61,833 bases of DNA, filler included, from Chloroflexota bacterium (GCA_043754535.1; 7 parts of 7 records of this genome joined end to end with filler, not necessarily neighbours in it); one strand, 5' to 3'. Numbered from the whole stretch's first letter, positions 39,361-49,767 are shown. Numbers and translations are program-made. The notes: a model not told the origin generated them from the letters alone.

Positions 39361-40276
39361 ATGAAGCGAACCAACCGAGGCAGAACTAGAAGGCGTTGAG
39401 GCTGCCACCCTTGCAGGACTAGACCTACACGCAGGGCAGCCCGCAGAAAGCGGCAGCACTGATGCGGTGCAACTCTACCTGCGCGAGATCAGCCACACAT
39501 CGCTGCTGACTGCTGAGCAAGAGACCAACCTAACCGCCAGAGCGAAGCAAGGAGATCAGCTTGCCCAGCAGCAACTGGCGCAGGCCAACCTGCGGCTGGT
39601 GGTCAGCATCGCCAAGAAGTACATCGGTCGCGGCCTCAGCCTGCTGGACTTGATCCAAGAAGGGAACATGGGGCTGCTGCGGGCAGTAGGCAAGTTCGAC
39701 CCCGGACGTGGCTGGAGATTCAGCACCTACGCCACCTGGTGGATCAGGCAGGCGATCACCCGCGCTATCGAGGAACAGAGCCGCTCGATTCGGCTGCCCG
39801 GCCACGTGCATGACAACCTGACTAGGGTTGCTTATGCCGAGCAGCGGCTAACCCTCGACTTGGGACGGACACCAACTCCCGACGAGATCGTGGCCGCGAC
39901 CGGCATATGTGCAGAGTGGGTTGCTACCATTCTCAGCGTGCGCCAACCAGTCAGCAGCCTAGATCGGCGAGCAGACGAGGAGCAGAGTGCAATGGGTGAG
40001 TTTCTACCTGATAAAAATGCACTTGACCCAGAGGCCGAAGCCGAACTGCGTGGGCAAGAGCTAGCGGGCGTGCTGGCTGAGGTGCTGACCTCGCGTGAGC
40101 GGCAGGTGATCGCACTGCGTTTTGGGTTGGGCGGGGGGCAGCGACTAGCTCTCGAAGCGGTGGGGTAGCAGTTGGGTGTGACCCGCGAACGGGTGCGCCA
40201 GATCGAGGCGGTCGCTATCCAAAAACTTCAGCGACCAGGAGTGCGCGAACGCCTACGTGACTTCCTGACCTCCTGA
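39361..40276 (+). pseudogene. RpoD/SigA-family alternative sigma factor with two lesions
   Basis: [31 protein letters not shown]; apparent +1 frameshift right after ATG 39361; TAG at 40166 before QLGVTRERVRQIE. Confidence 0.85.
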
Positions 40277-40540
40277 GCAGTTGAGTGACAGGATGACAAG
40301 CGAGACGAGCGGGTAGCCGCACTGACCAGCCTGCTCAACGCCTGGTATCAACTCAATAAGCAGGCCTGCTGGTAGTGGCGGGGGCCGCTCCGCTACTCAT
40401 CCTCGCATGGGGGCTGATCCTCATGCGGTTGCCAATTGTCGGCACTGATCAGCACGTCCACGTCCGCAATCCACCAATGGTCACTCAGCCCTCACTCGCT
40501 TGCCACATCTTATCTACAAAGGTGATAGTCATAACTCACC

Positions 40541-41881
40541 TTAAATCTCCACCTTCAGGTTGGCGGGCTGGTTGGTCAGCTCGAACATCTCGCCGTGTGG
40601 CATGATGGTGATCTGGCCGAACTCTTGCAGCAGCATCTTGTAGGCAGCCTCGACCGGGCGCGGACGGCGTTCCAGGTCGAACAGGCCGCAGGCGTTGACA
40701 AACCCCTTCTTCTCGGCCAGTTGCGTGTCCCAATCCAACTGGTCGGTCAGGCTGTACCAGGTGAAGCCCAGCACCGGCACGCCATCGGCCCGCATCCGCA
40801 GTACATTGGCCCACTGCTTCCAGAGCCATTGCGGAGCCATCTCCGGGTCGAAGTGGTTGGTTTCAGTGTGCATCACCGGCTTACGGTAGCGGTCGTAGTA
40901 TTCGCGGGTGATATGATACCAGCCCAGCACATCCTCCCCTTCGCACTCGCTGCCGTCCGGCTTGCGGATGCGCTCGTTGCGGCCATAGTAGTCGTTGCCC
41001 ATGATCTGATAGCCCGGTGGTTCGCCAGCCATGAACCAGTCGTATTCCTCCTTGGTCATGCCATTGTCTAGCAGGTAGAGCAGCACGTCGGCATCGGGGT
41101 GGTGGGCGTAGAGGAGATCGAGGGCGAGGAAGCGCAGCTTGTTGCTGAGGACAACTTCGGGGTCAGGCACGGCCCGCATATCGTGCATATACTCGGCAGA
41201 CTCGCTCTGGACGATCACCGCATCGGGGCGCACCTCGGCGATGGCCTGTGAACCGAGGATGCAGCAGGCAACCACGTGCTTGATCGCGGTGACGAAAGCA
41301 CGGTCGCTCTTTAGCTGCTCGTTCCAGACCCCATCCTTTGCGCTGATGCGGGCGGTGACGTACATCTCGTTGACGGGGGTGTAGTAGCGCACCCAGGGGT
41401 AGCGTTCGGCTACCTTCTTCACGTATTCGGCGAAGCGCACCGGCAATTCGGGGTTCTGGAAGTTACCCAGCCAATCGGGTACGCCAAAGTGCATCAGGTC
41501 GAGGATCGGGGTGATCTTCAGTCGCTTGATCTCGTTCATCGCGGCATCGGCAAACTCCCAGTCGAACTTGTTGGGGCTGCGGTGGATCAGGTGATAGGGC
41601 AAGCCGTAGCGCAGCACGTTCAGACCCATACCCTTGACCAGAGCCAGGTCCTCCTTGTAGCGGTCGTAATGGCCGCACTCGGCCAGTTCGTCGCGGCGCA
41701 GCTTGCCATTTTGGATGGTGGGGTAGGAACACTCTATGCCGGTGGCAAACATGAAGTTACGCGGGTTGGGGGTGGGCAACCCCTGTCCGGAGCTACCCGC
41801 CGCCCCGCCATACTGGTCGCCGGGGTAGCCCCCATCGCCATACTTCTGCTTGATCAGCTTGAGAAAACCTGGATTAGCCAT
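40541..41881 (-). CDS. Glycoside hydrolase family 1 protein
   Basis: FATGIECS, YTPVNE, VMHTETN, GFTWYSLTDQLDW. Confidence 0.88.
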   Translation of the reverse strand: MANPGFLKLIKQKYGDGGYPGDQYGGAAGSSGQGLPTPNPRNFMFATGIECSYPTIQNGKLRRDELAECGHYDRYKEDLALVKGMGLNVLRYGLPYHLIHRSPNKFDWEFADAAMNEIKRLKITPILDLMHFGVPDWLGNFQNPELPVRFAEYVKKVAERYPWVRYYTPVNEMYVTARISAKDGVWNEQLKSDRAFVTAIKHVVACCILGSQAIAEVRPDAVIVQSESAEYMHDMRAVPDPEVVLSNKLRFLALDLLYAHHPDADVLLYLLDNGMTKEEYDWFMAGEPPGYQIMGNDYYGRNERIRKPDGSECEGEDVLGWYHITREYYDRYRKPVMHTETNHFDPEMAPQWLWKQWANVLRMRADGVPVLGFTWYSLTDQLDWDTQLAEKKGFVNACGLFDLERRPRPVEAAYKMLLQEFGQITIMPHGEMFELTNQPANLKVEI

Positions 41882-44157
41882 AAAGCCTCCCTGTGGCGCA
41901 ACCGTTCGATAAAGCGGTCGGCGGTGCGGAGTGAGATTGCCATGATCGTCAACGCCGGGTTGACGCTGAGGGCCGAAGGGAACACCGAGTTATCTACGAT
42001 GTAAAGGTTTGGCACGTCGAAGCTGCGGCAGTCGCGGTCAACTACCGCCGATGTGGGGTCGCTACCCATGCGACAGGTGCCGATCACGTGGGCGGAGCGG
42101 TGGAAGCTCCAGAGGTCGCGGCCACCCGCCGCTTGCCAAACTGACCGCATCAAGTGTTCGGCGTGGGCTTGCAACTTCAGTTCGTTGTCGCCGTAGCTGA
42201 AGTGAATACGCGGCTTGGGCAGGCCACGCCCATCCAGTTCGCCGCTCAATTCGAGGTAGTTGCTGACTTGCGGCAGGCACTCGCCGAGGATGTTGATCCC
42301 GGCGGTGTGGTTGTAGGCGACCATGTGCTGCTGCAAGTCTGCACCCCACAGTTTGCGTTCGCGCACCAACTGCCCAGCGTAGGTGAGCGGCATAACTCCG
42401 ATGCTTTGGGTCAAGTAGCCACCGGCGAAGTTGGCATCCTTTGGCCGGTGAGTGTCTTCGGAGATCAGCCCGGCGGGGATGCCTTTGTAGGGCCGCACGT
42501 CGTCCTCAAATTGCCCCCAGACTTGCAGCCCGACGTGGGCCATGAAGTTCAGGCCGACCTGCCCACTGCTGTTGGCGAGTCCACCCAGCAGGAGCAGGCG
42601 TGGACTCTCGATGCCTCCGGCGCAGAGGAACACGGTCTGGCACAACTGCCGAAGCTCTATCCCGTCTTGCGTGTAAACCACGCCGCTGATCCGCGCAGCC
42701 GCGTCGCGCTCGAAGCCAGTGACGAAGCACTCTGTTCGCAACTCGGCTCCATATTGCAGCGCGAGGGGGATGAAGGTCACGTCCATACTAGCCTTCGCCC
42801 CAACGCTACAACCGGCTTGACAGAAGCCGCGATTGGTGCAGGCCGGTCGCCAGCCCAGCCCCGGTTGGTGGTAAGGAGCGGACAGCGCAGCGTTGGCGGC
42901 GGGCGAGGTGCGGATGCCCAGTGCAGCGCAACCACGCTGCATCAACTGCGCTGCCCCGTTCAGCGGCAGCGGAGCGAGGGGATAGCCAGCCTTGCGTGGC
43001 GGCCCCCAAGGGTAGGGGGTCGGCCCGGAGATGCCGAGGAAGGCTTCCAGTTCGTCGTAGTACGGCTCAATATCGGCGTAGTCCAGCGGCCAGTCTACAC
43101 CTACGCCAAAGTCGCGGTGCAGGCGCAGGTCGTCGAGCTGGGCGCGGGGGGTGTAGGCAGTGTAGTGCAGGGTCGAGCCGCCCACGCCGATGCCAGAGTT
43201 GTTGCGGCCAAAGCTGGTGGGGTTGTTGCCCGCACTCAGCCGCTCGTCGTTCCAGTACAGCTTGTTCTGCGCCCGCTCGTCGGTGGCGAAATCGCGCTGC
43301 GGCTGCCAGTGCTGTCCGGCTTCGAGGATGACGACCGGCAGCCCAGCCTGTGCCAGCCTCGCGGCCAGCGGTGCGCCGCCTGCCCCGGTGCCGATCACGA
43401 CGATTGTAGATTGCAGATTGCGATCCGAAGGTAGTCCCCCTGCGGGATAGATTGTAGATTGGGGTGAGGGTCGTGAGGGCGGCGTGCTGGTTGCTGCTAG
43501 CTTGAGTGCGGGCGGCAGATCAGCCGGTAGCTCATACTCGGTACTCGCTACTTGGTACTCACTACTCGGTCGTGGCTCCCAGGCTTCGAGTTGGTTCAGG
43601 CCGATCCGTTGCCAGCCAGCGGCATCGGCCAAGCCGACATAGCCGATCTCCTCCTGCACCAGCGGGTGGCTGTAATAATATTCGGTCAGCTCGGCCAACA
43701 AGTCTTCAAAGTAGCGGGCTGCTGGTAGCGTCTGCCAGGTTGCGCCCGCTGGCTGGCCCGCCGCAACCTCGTGCAAGACCACCACCTGCTGGGCCGGGGT
43801 CAGGGCTGCAAAGCCGAGGCCGTAGCTGGCTCGTGCGGTCTCGTTCAGCCCAACGACCCCCAACCGCTGGGCCTCAGCGTCGGGGGGTAGCGCATCGTAT
43901 CGCCAGCCGTCACCGTCACCGGCTGCCAACCGCTGGTCAAGCGGGGCGATCAAGTCAATGTTGTAGTCAGCGGCACGGGGAAAGAGGTACACAGCTACCT
44001 GCCGCAAGGTGTTGGCTTCCTCTGGGCTGAAGAAGCGCAGAGTAGTCGGCTGCGGCTGCAACCGCTGCTCAAGTACGGTGCGGGTGGCGGACGTGACTAG
44101 TTCGCTTGCTAGCAGGCGGCGAACGGAGCCAAGGGGGTAGTCATCTTCTGCTTGCAT
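41854..44157 (-). CDS. GMC oxidoreductase fused to a gluconate 2-dehydrogenase subunit-3-like domain
   Basis: YYSHP..IGY.G N-domain; VIGTGAGG, GVGGST, HVIGTCRMG, NPALTI. Confidence 0.9.
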   Translation of the reverse strand: MQAEDDYPLGSVRRLLASELVTSATRTVLEQRLQPQPTTLRFFSPEEANTLRQVAVYLFPRAADYNIDLIAPLDQRLAAGDGDGWRYDALPPDAEAQRLGVVGLNETARASYGLGFAALTPAQQVVVLHEVAAGQPAGATWQTLPAARYFEDLLAELTEYYYSHPLVQEEIGYVGLADAAGWQRIGLNQLEAWEPRPSSEYQVASTEYELPADLPPALKLAATSTPPSRPSPQSTIYPAGGLPSDRNLQSTIVVIGTGAGGAPLAARLAQAGLPVVILEAGQHWQPQRDFATDERAQNKLYWNDERLSAGNNPTSFGRNNSGIGVGGSTLHYTAYTPRAQLDDLRLHRDFGVGVDWPLDYADIEPYYDELEAFLGISGPTPYPWGPPRKAGYPLAPLPLNGAAQLMQRGCAALGIRTSPAANAALSAPYHQPGLGWRPACTNRGFCQAGCSVGAKASMDVTFIPLALQYGAELRTECFVTGFERDAAARISGVVYTQDGIELRQLCQTVFLCAGGIESPRLLLLGGLANSSGQVGLNFMAHVGLQVWGQFEDDVRPYKGIPAGLISEDTHRPKDANFAGGYLTQSIGVMPLTYAGQLVRERKLWGADLQQHMVAYNHTAGINILGECLPQVSNYLELSGELDGRGLPKPRIHFSYGDNELKLQAHAEHLMRSVWQAAGGRDLWSFHRSAHVIGTCRMGSDPTSAVVDRDCRSFDVPNLYIVDNSVFPSALSVNPALTIMAISLRTADRFIERLRHREALWLIQVFSS

Positions 44158-44171
44158 GAGTTTGCCCTGAT

Positions 44172-45044
44172 CTAGCCGCTGGACAGCTTGCCGCCTGTGA
44201 CCTCGATGATCGCACCAGTGATGAAGCTGGCATCTTGCGAGGCGAGGAAGACGTAAGCTGGGGCTAGCTCCTCTGGCTGGCCGGGCCGCTCCAACGCTAC
44301 CTCATGCCCGAAGTTCTCGACTTCATCCTTTGGCATAGTGGCCGGTATGTTTGGGGTCCAGACCGGGCCTGGGGCAACGGCGTTGACGCGGATACCACGC
44401 TCGGCCAGGTTGAGGGCAAGGGCTTTGGTGAAGGCGTGGATCGCACCCTTGCTGGCGCAGTAATCAACCAACAGTGGGTTGCCGACCAGTCCGACGATGC
44501 TGCCGGTGTTGATGATAGCGTCGCCCTCATGCAGATGGGGCAGAGCGGCTTGAGCCATATAGAAGTAACCGAAGATGTTGGTTTCCAATGTGCGGCGGAA
44601 CTGCTCCTCGCTGACCTCCTCGAACTTCTGCTGCGCCATCTGGTAAGCAGCGTTGTTGACCAGGATGTTGAGGCCGCCATACTTCTCGACTACCTCATTG
44701 ACCGCCGAGCGGCAGCGGTCGGAGTTGCGAACATCGCCTTTGATCACCAGGCAGCGACCACCCTTTGCCTCAACCATCTGCTTGGTAGTCTGTGCATCCT
44801 CATCATTCTCGTTATAGAAGATAGCAACATTCGCACCTTCCATTGCGAAGGCGATAGCGACAGCGCGACCAATGCCAGAGTCGCCGCCAGTGATCAGCGC
44901 GTTCTTGCCACGCAGCTTACCGGCGGGTAGGTAGTTATCCAGGCTGGATTGGGGCTGGGGGTTCATGTCCGCCTGGCTGGCAGGATAGGGCAACTGCTGA
45001 CCAGGGATGTCCCCGGCTTCAGGGCGTTGTTCCTCTTGCGGCAT
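44172..45044 (-). CDS. SDR oxidoreductase (YhdF-like general stress family)
   Basis: TGGDSGIG, NNAAYQ, YCASK, VAPGPVWT. Confidence 0.92.
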   Translation of the reverse strand: MPQEEQRPEAGDIPGQQLPYPASQADMNPQPQSSLDNYLPAGKLRGKNALITGGDSGIGRAVAIAFAMEGANVAIFYNENDEDAQTTKQMVEAKGGRCLVIKGDVRNSDRCRSAVNEVVEKYGGLNILVNNAAYQMAQQKFEEVSEEQFRRTLETNIFGYFYMAQAALPHLHEGDAIINTGSIVGLVGNPLLVDYCASKGAIHAFTKALALNLAERGIRVNAVAPGPVWTPNIPATMPKDEVENFGHEVALERPGQPEELAPAYVFLASQDASFITGAIIEVTGGKLSSG

Positions 45045-45187
45045 GATCCATGACCTCCTTGCTGTTCTAGTTGTAGGGTGTTGCAATAAAGGTGCCAACA
45101 ACGCTGCCCCTGGTATGCTGCCTTGTCAAACGATGTGCTATAATAGGTCGTCAGCAAGCTACCCACCATTGCCGACGGACAGCGCAC

Positions 45188-45556
45188 ATGGATAATCTCA
45201 GCCAGTTTTGCTCCCGCATCCACACTCTATACCGACTGGTCAGCCTCGGCGGCCGCCGCGCAACGCAGGCCGACCTTGCGGCGGCGGTTGGTCTCAGCCG
45301 CACCGAACTGAACCGCAGGTTGCACCAGGCTGGGCAACTAACCTGCCGTGATGGGCAGGCTATCGTGCGCCAACTGGCAGGCTGGGGGGCGATCACGACG
45401 CGGGCCGAGGCAGCCGAGTTGCTCGATCTGCTTGATTGTGCTAGCTTCACCCCCGCCGAGTGGCAGGCTGAACCACTTGACCGCTTGACCGCCAACCTCG
45501 TCGCACCCCTCTCATCTCCCCTTGCACCCGGCAATCTGCCCGCGCCACTGACCAGC
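45188..45556 (+). pseudogene. HTH-STAND regulator paralog truncated by an IS
   Basis: Homologous to the N-terminus of 5387-7960 up to NLPAPLTS, where the IS end begins. Confidence 0.85.
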
Positions 45557-46970
45557 ACTATCTTTGCACCTTAACAACCGATTAGGCCATCAGTTGGGCG
45601 TACAGTGCCTCGGCACTCACTCCCTGTTACACTTGGCTGCTGATCCACACCAGCAGCTTGCCTTGCTGCTCGACCCGCACCCCGGTCAGCACTTCACCCC
45701 AACTTACGTGACGTTGCTGCTCCGCTGGCTGCCGTGCCTCCGCTGCTACTCGTTCTTCTTTCAGATAGACCAGCAGACACAGCAGCACCGTCCAGTAACG
45801 TAGCACCCCTTCCCCACTCGTTAGCTGATAGTCGTCACTACCCAGCAAGTCCTTCAGCCCTTCGAACACCACCTCGATCTCCCACCGCTCGGCTAGCAGA
45901 TCGATCACTGCCTGGGCCGTAGCCTCCAAGTGGCTACTCAGCCAGTAGCGGTACGTGGCTTTGCTCTCCGCGCCTCGGCGCGTGATTAGCACTTGCACCC
46001 GCCCCAGCTTGCGGACTTTGGTCGTGCTGCCGCCACCCTGCCCCGGCCAACTTGCCTGCTGCCAGGCGGCAGCGGACAACCCTGCTGCGTACTCGTGCAG
46101 GCTTTGCCACCGGCTACTGCCGTCTGCCGCCACCACTTGCAAGCGGCGGTTGCGCTTCAACCCACCACTCAAGTGCCAGCCGCGCTTGCGTACTGCCCGC
46201 ACTAGCCGGGCGTTGGTGTACCAACTGTCCACCAGCACGTGCGTGGCAGTCTCGGCCACCGGCTCGAACTGCTCGACGGCGGCTACCGCAAGGTCTACCT
46301 TGCTCTGGAATGCCACCCCTTCGGCTTCGGCAACCTTGCGTTGGCGGTAGAGCTGGGGAGCTAGCGGCACTCGTTGGCCCAGCAGCTTGTACAAGCCGAG
46401 GAACAGGCAGTGACCGCTGACCACGTGTCCCTGTGTGCTGCTGTAGTGCTGGCCCAAGCCGCCCATCTTTTTGCCATGTGGCTTGTGATGCACCGAGTCG
46501 TCGAAGATGAGCAGACCAGTGACGACGGTCTTGCGCGGACGACCCCTGCGCTTCGGTTGGGCTTGACGTAGCTGAAGATGAGCGACGAGAACCAGCGGCA
46601 GCAACCGCCCTCGGTAGCGTTGCAGCCAGAGTTGACTAAGCTGCTGCGGTGACCAGCGGTGAGTGCTGAAGAAGCGGGAGAGGGCGGCCAGGCTGGGCTT
46701 GCCCGCGATGGACTGGCGCAGAGCGCAGAGGGTACGACGGCCTTGGGTTTCGACCATAGCCAGCAGCACGATGACGAAGTAGCGGCTGGTGTAGGGGGAG
46801 AAGCAAGGGTCGAACACTTGGGCAAACTGGCACAGAGTGTCGGCAAGGCATATAATGGGCTTGGGCATGGCACACCTCCAGCGTAGATTGGGGACACCAT
46901 CATTATGCCAGAGTGGTGCCATGCCGCTAACTGATGACCTATTCGGCTGTTAAGGTGCAAAGATAGTGCT
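45554..46970 (-). mobile_element. IS701-like insertion sequence
   Basis: 42-bp terminal inverted repeats AGCACTATCTTTGCACCTTAAC... (45554-45595 and 46929-46970, 3 mismatches) around a DDE transposase. Confidence 0.9.
45627..46868 (-). CDS. DDE transposase, IS701-like
   Basis: LIFDDS, VLVDSWY, RWEIEVVF..LK..LG. Confidence 0.9.
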   Translation of the reverse strand: MPKPIICLADTLCQFAQVFDPCFSPYTSRYFVIVLLAMVETQGRRTLCALRQSIAGKPSLAALSRFFSTHRWSPQQLSQLWLQRYRGRLLPLVLVAHLQLRQAQPKRRGRPRKTVVTGLLIFDDSVHHKPHGKKMGGLGQHYSSTQGHVVSGHCLFLGLYKLLGQRVPLAPQLYRQRKVAEAEGVAFQSKVDLAVAAVEQFEPVAETATHVLVDSWYTNARLVRAVRKRGWHLSGGLKRNRRLQVVAADGSSRWQSLHEYAAGLSAAAWQQASWPGQGGGSTTKVRKLGRVQVLITRRGAESKATYRYWLSSHLEATAQAVIDLLAERWEIEVVFEGLKDLLGSDDYQLTSGEGVLRYWTVLLCLLVYLKEERVAAEARQPAEQQRHVSWGEVLTGVRVEQQGKLLVWISSQV

Positions 46971-47000
46971 ACTGAGTAGACCAACATAGATGCAAAGAAT

Positions 47001-47258
47001 GTGCGTAGAACTGCCCCAAACTCACGACAGATCGATCTGCTCACTCATTGGGGCGCAGCCGGTGATGTTCAGATCACGGTGTTGGAGTACAAAACGCGCT
47101 ACGATGTGTCCAAGCCGACGGCGCATCGTGACCTGACCGACCTCTATGAGCGTGGCTTGGTTGGGCGACGGGGTGGCGGTCTACAGCGCAGCTACTACTC
47201 GCTGTACCAACAACCGACCCCTCGACCTACTATAAACGAAGAAGATGAACAGTTATGA
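47001..47258 (+). CDS. Small winged-helix DNA-binding protein or fragment
   Basis: IT..EY...YDVSKPTAHRDLTDL..RGLV.R.GGG. Confidence 0.65.
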   Translation: MRRTAPNSRQIDLLTHWGAAGDVQITVLEYKTRYDVSKPTAHRDLTDLYERGLVGRRGGGLQRSYYSLYQQPTPRPTINEEDEQL

Positions 47259-47294
47259 GCAGCCATGAACAGTTGTGAACAATTGTGAGCAGAC
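47245..47294. repeat. Five 10-bp tandem units RTGARCARYY
   Basis: atgaacagtt atgagcagcc atgaacagtt gtgaacaatt gtgagcagac. Confidence 0.8.
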
Positions 47295-47401
47295 GCAAGC
47301 AGGTACGCTGATCAGCCTTCCAACGATGTGTGATCCAACACCTTCTTTGTTCAGGAACGTCTACGCTCTACGAGGGCTTTGTGATGAGTAAACGACTGCT
47401 G

Positions 47402-47457
47402 TCCCCTCATCAAATGAAGGGATTAGCTTGCTTCCCTTCATCAAATGAAGGGATTAG
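47402..47457. repeat. Two 25-bp palindromic direct repeats
   Basis: TCCC(C/T)TCATCAAATGAAGGGATTAG at 47402 and 47433. Confidence 0.9.
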
Positions 47458-47794
47458 GCTTCGTTTAACTGCTCGTCGCTGCCATCAGCGCGGATGTGAT
47501 GGCGGCAGCGGCCAGTGGTGAGGGAGCAAGGTTACGCATCACCACGTAGCAGGTCAGCGCATCACGATGATCCGCAGTTCTGATGCGCTGGGATGATCCG
47601 CAGTTGGTGGGACTGTTGACCTTGCCACACAAACCGACCCAGCAAGACAAGGCGGTGGTTGGCCTTGCTGCTGGGTCTTAGTGGTCGGAGCTTGGTGGTT
47701 GAGGAACAGGCGATTGCAGGATGCTGTGGCTGCGTTTTACGATGACGCAAGTAGTATGTCAGGGTTGGTTTAGGTACAAAACAGCGGTTTTGGG

Positions 47795-47846
47795 CGACAG
47801 GACACCGACAAGGCACCGACAGGACACTGACGACGCACCGACAGCC
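47795..47846. repeat. About five 11-bp tandem units CGACAGGACAC
   Basis: cgacaggacac cgacaaggcac cgacaggacac tgacgacgcac cgacagcc. Confidence 0.85.
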
Positions 47847-47934
47847 GTTCGTGCATGGTAGCAGGGTGGTACAATCCCACCCCATATTGTGCAGTTTACA
47901 CTATGAGGTAGTATCGTCCTACCCCCTGCGGACG

Positions 47935-48745
47935 CTACCGCCGCTCGATGTCGGAGCAGCGTTCGGCTTCGGCGTAGGTGCGCTCCTCTGCCGCCAGCAG
48001 GGTTGCCAGCGTGCTGTACGCTTCGTCGTACAGTTCGCCTGATGAGTAAGGGCCACTTGCTGGCTGCTGCGTCAGAGCGTACAATCGCTGTACAGCTTCC
48101 TCGTGGGGCAAACTGGCAACAATGGCAGTCAACGCCGCCTGCCGCACGTTACTTTCCCTGGCCTTGAGCATGGGGGTGATGTCCTGGTTAAGTAGATCAT
48201 TTCGCTCGTCGGCGGGGGTCAACTTGACCAACGCCTCGATTGTGGCTTGCTGGACATCCTCATCCGCATCTGCAAGCAACGGCAGCAGCTTAGACCGCGC
48301 CGCCAGTTCCTGATCTTGCGCCTGCTTACTCAAAGCCTGCACTGCACGTTGGCGCACCTGCCAATAATCACTGGCTAGAGCCACAAACAAGAGCGGCAAG
48401 TTCAACTGCTGGCCTGCTTGCAGCCCGAGTAGCGCAGACACCACCGAGGGACGCAGGTTGTCATCGTTGCTCTCGTCCAGCAAGCGCAGCAGGCGGTCGG
48501 CCACCGCTGGGTTGCCCCTCCCCACCTGCCCCAGCGCATCCACCACCCAGTGGCTGCGTCGCTCATCGTTGGTCTCGTCCAGCAAGCGCAGCAGGCGGTC
48601 GGTCATTAGTTTGGCTGCCGGGCTGCCCTTCAGGTCGGGTAGGATAGCGTTGATCTGCCGCTGTAGCGTTGCATACCTGCCCTTGCCAGTGTTTTCGTTT
48701 CGGTCAAGGTAGAGGTTTAGTACCTCCTCAACTACTGCCACCCCA
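47935..48745 (-). pseudogene. HEAT-repeat C-terminal fragment, probably of a NACHT-type protein
   Basis: Duplicated DRLLRLLDE.ND units, WQVRQRAVQAL; no credible start. Confidence 0.6.
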
Positions 48746-48751
48746 GCATTC

Positions 48752-49303
48752 GTGCCGCAAACCTCCGCCGACGAGTTCGAGCGGTTGCTCATGGCCGATC
48801 TACGGCTTGCGTTCCCCAATGTTCAGTTCGAGCCTCGCACCATGCCGCTGATCCGCTCCGGCCATCATGACCGCGAAGTGGAGGTTGGGCGAGCAGTGGA
48901 CATCCACTGGCTGGATGGCACCAGCCTGAAGCGGGTCGAAGCCTGGCTGCGGGATCACCACTGCTCCGACCGGAGCAGCTACCGCGAACAAATCCACCCG
49001 GTGACGCTGGCTGGCAGCCTGGTGGTCAACGCCAGCGTGTGGTTGAAGGCCGTGCGCCACTACTCGTCGGATTTTCTCGGCGAAATAGCGGAACTGGCGG
49101 CCCGGCTACTCGGCATCAAGCCACCGCCAGTGAACATCGATCCGCCCCACATTTGGCCGGGAGTTGAGACTGGCAACTTCGACACCATCCGGTGGCACGA
49201 CGAGGGCTTGTATTGGGCCAAGAGTACCCTACCCTACCTCGATGCGCCGCTGGGCTTCAACCTTCAGCAGCAGCAAGCCTCGCTGCCGCTGGCAACTACG
49301 TGA
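48752..49303 (+). CDS. Hypothetical, phage-like protein
   Basis: Plausible coding composition; stop overlaps the next GTG. Confidence 0.5.
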   Translation: MPQTSADEFERLLMADLRLAFPNVQFEPRTMPLIRSGHHDREVEVGRAVDIHWLDGTSLKRVEAWLRDHHCSDRSSYREQIHPVTLAGSLVVNASVWLKAVRHYSSDFLGEIAELAARLLGIKPPPVNIDPPHIWPGVETGNFDTIRWHDEGLYWAKSTLPYLDAPLGFNLQQQQASLPLATT

Positions 49304-49767
49304 GCAAGGGCAGGGCAGCAGCCAGCAGTCCCGGCGCGACCAAAGAGCAACGCCAGGTTAGCGCGGTGTACTCGATGGGCAAGCTGATGTTCCACACGTC
49401 GCCTGATCAGTTGGACAGTCTGGTACTCGCCACCTACGGCCTGCCGCTAGGCAAGCTGTCGGCAGTGCAGCTAGCCAGCGTTGCCGACCTGCTTAAACAT
49501 GGTCCAGCTATGGTACCGGACCACCTCAAGCGGGAGGGCGCGGTTGCCCACCTGCAAGCCGAGCGCGACCGGCTGGTTGAGCGGTTGGAACAGGGCTGGC
49601 AAATCGTCGCCGAGGCCAAACAGAGCGGTGACCCTCGTGCCGACCGCTGGGAGGATGCGTGGATTGATCTCCTGGCCGACTACACCAGGGCTGAGGATCA
49701 ACTAGCCGCCTACGAGGCACTTCAGTCTCCGCTTGAGGATGACGAACAGGAGCTACTGGCCGCATAG
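49300..49767 (+). CDS. Hypothetical, phage-like helical protein
   Basis: GTGA coupling with the upstream ORF; followed by an RBS and another short ORF at about 49778-49954. Confidence 0.5.
   Translation: MSKGRAAASSPGATKEQRQVSAVYSMGKLMFHTSPDQLDSLVLATYGLPLGKLSAVQLASVADLLKHGPAMVPDHLKREGAVAHLQAERDRLVERLEQGWQIVAEAKQSGDPRADRWEDAWIDLLADYTRAEDQLAAYEALQSPLEDDEQELLAA

Noticed and set aside
26526..40168. Amber recoding suggested by in-frame TAGs at 26526, 27287 and 40166
   Set aside because: TAG ends many intact genes here, at least two of these genes carry other lesions, and in-frame TAA stops also occur; pseudogenisation is simpler
40300..40410. Possible long hairpin ncRNA after the sigma pseudogene
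   Set aside because: Pairing is patchy and the stretch also reads as a decayed coding fragment
42154..43434. Long + strand ORFs opposite GMC and others (3865, 21429, 24155, 36360, 51673, 58558)
   Set aside because: Antisense shadows expected in high-GC coding DNA
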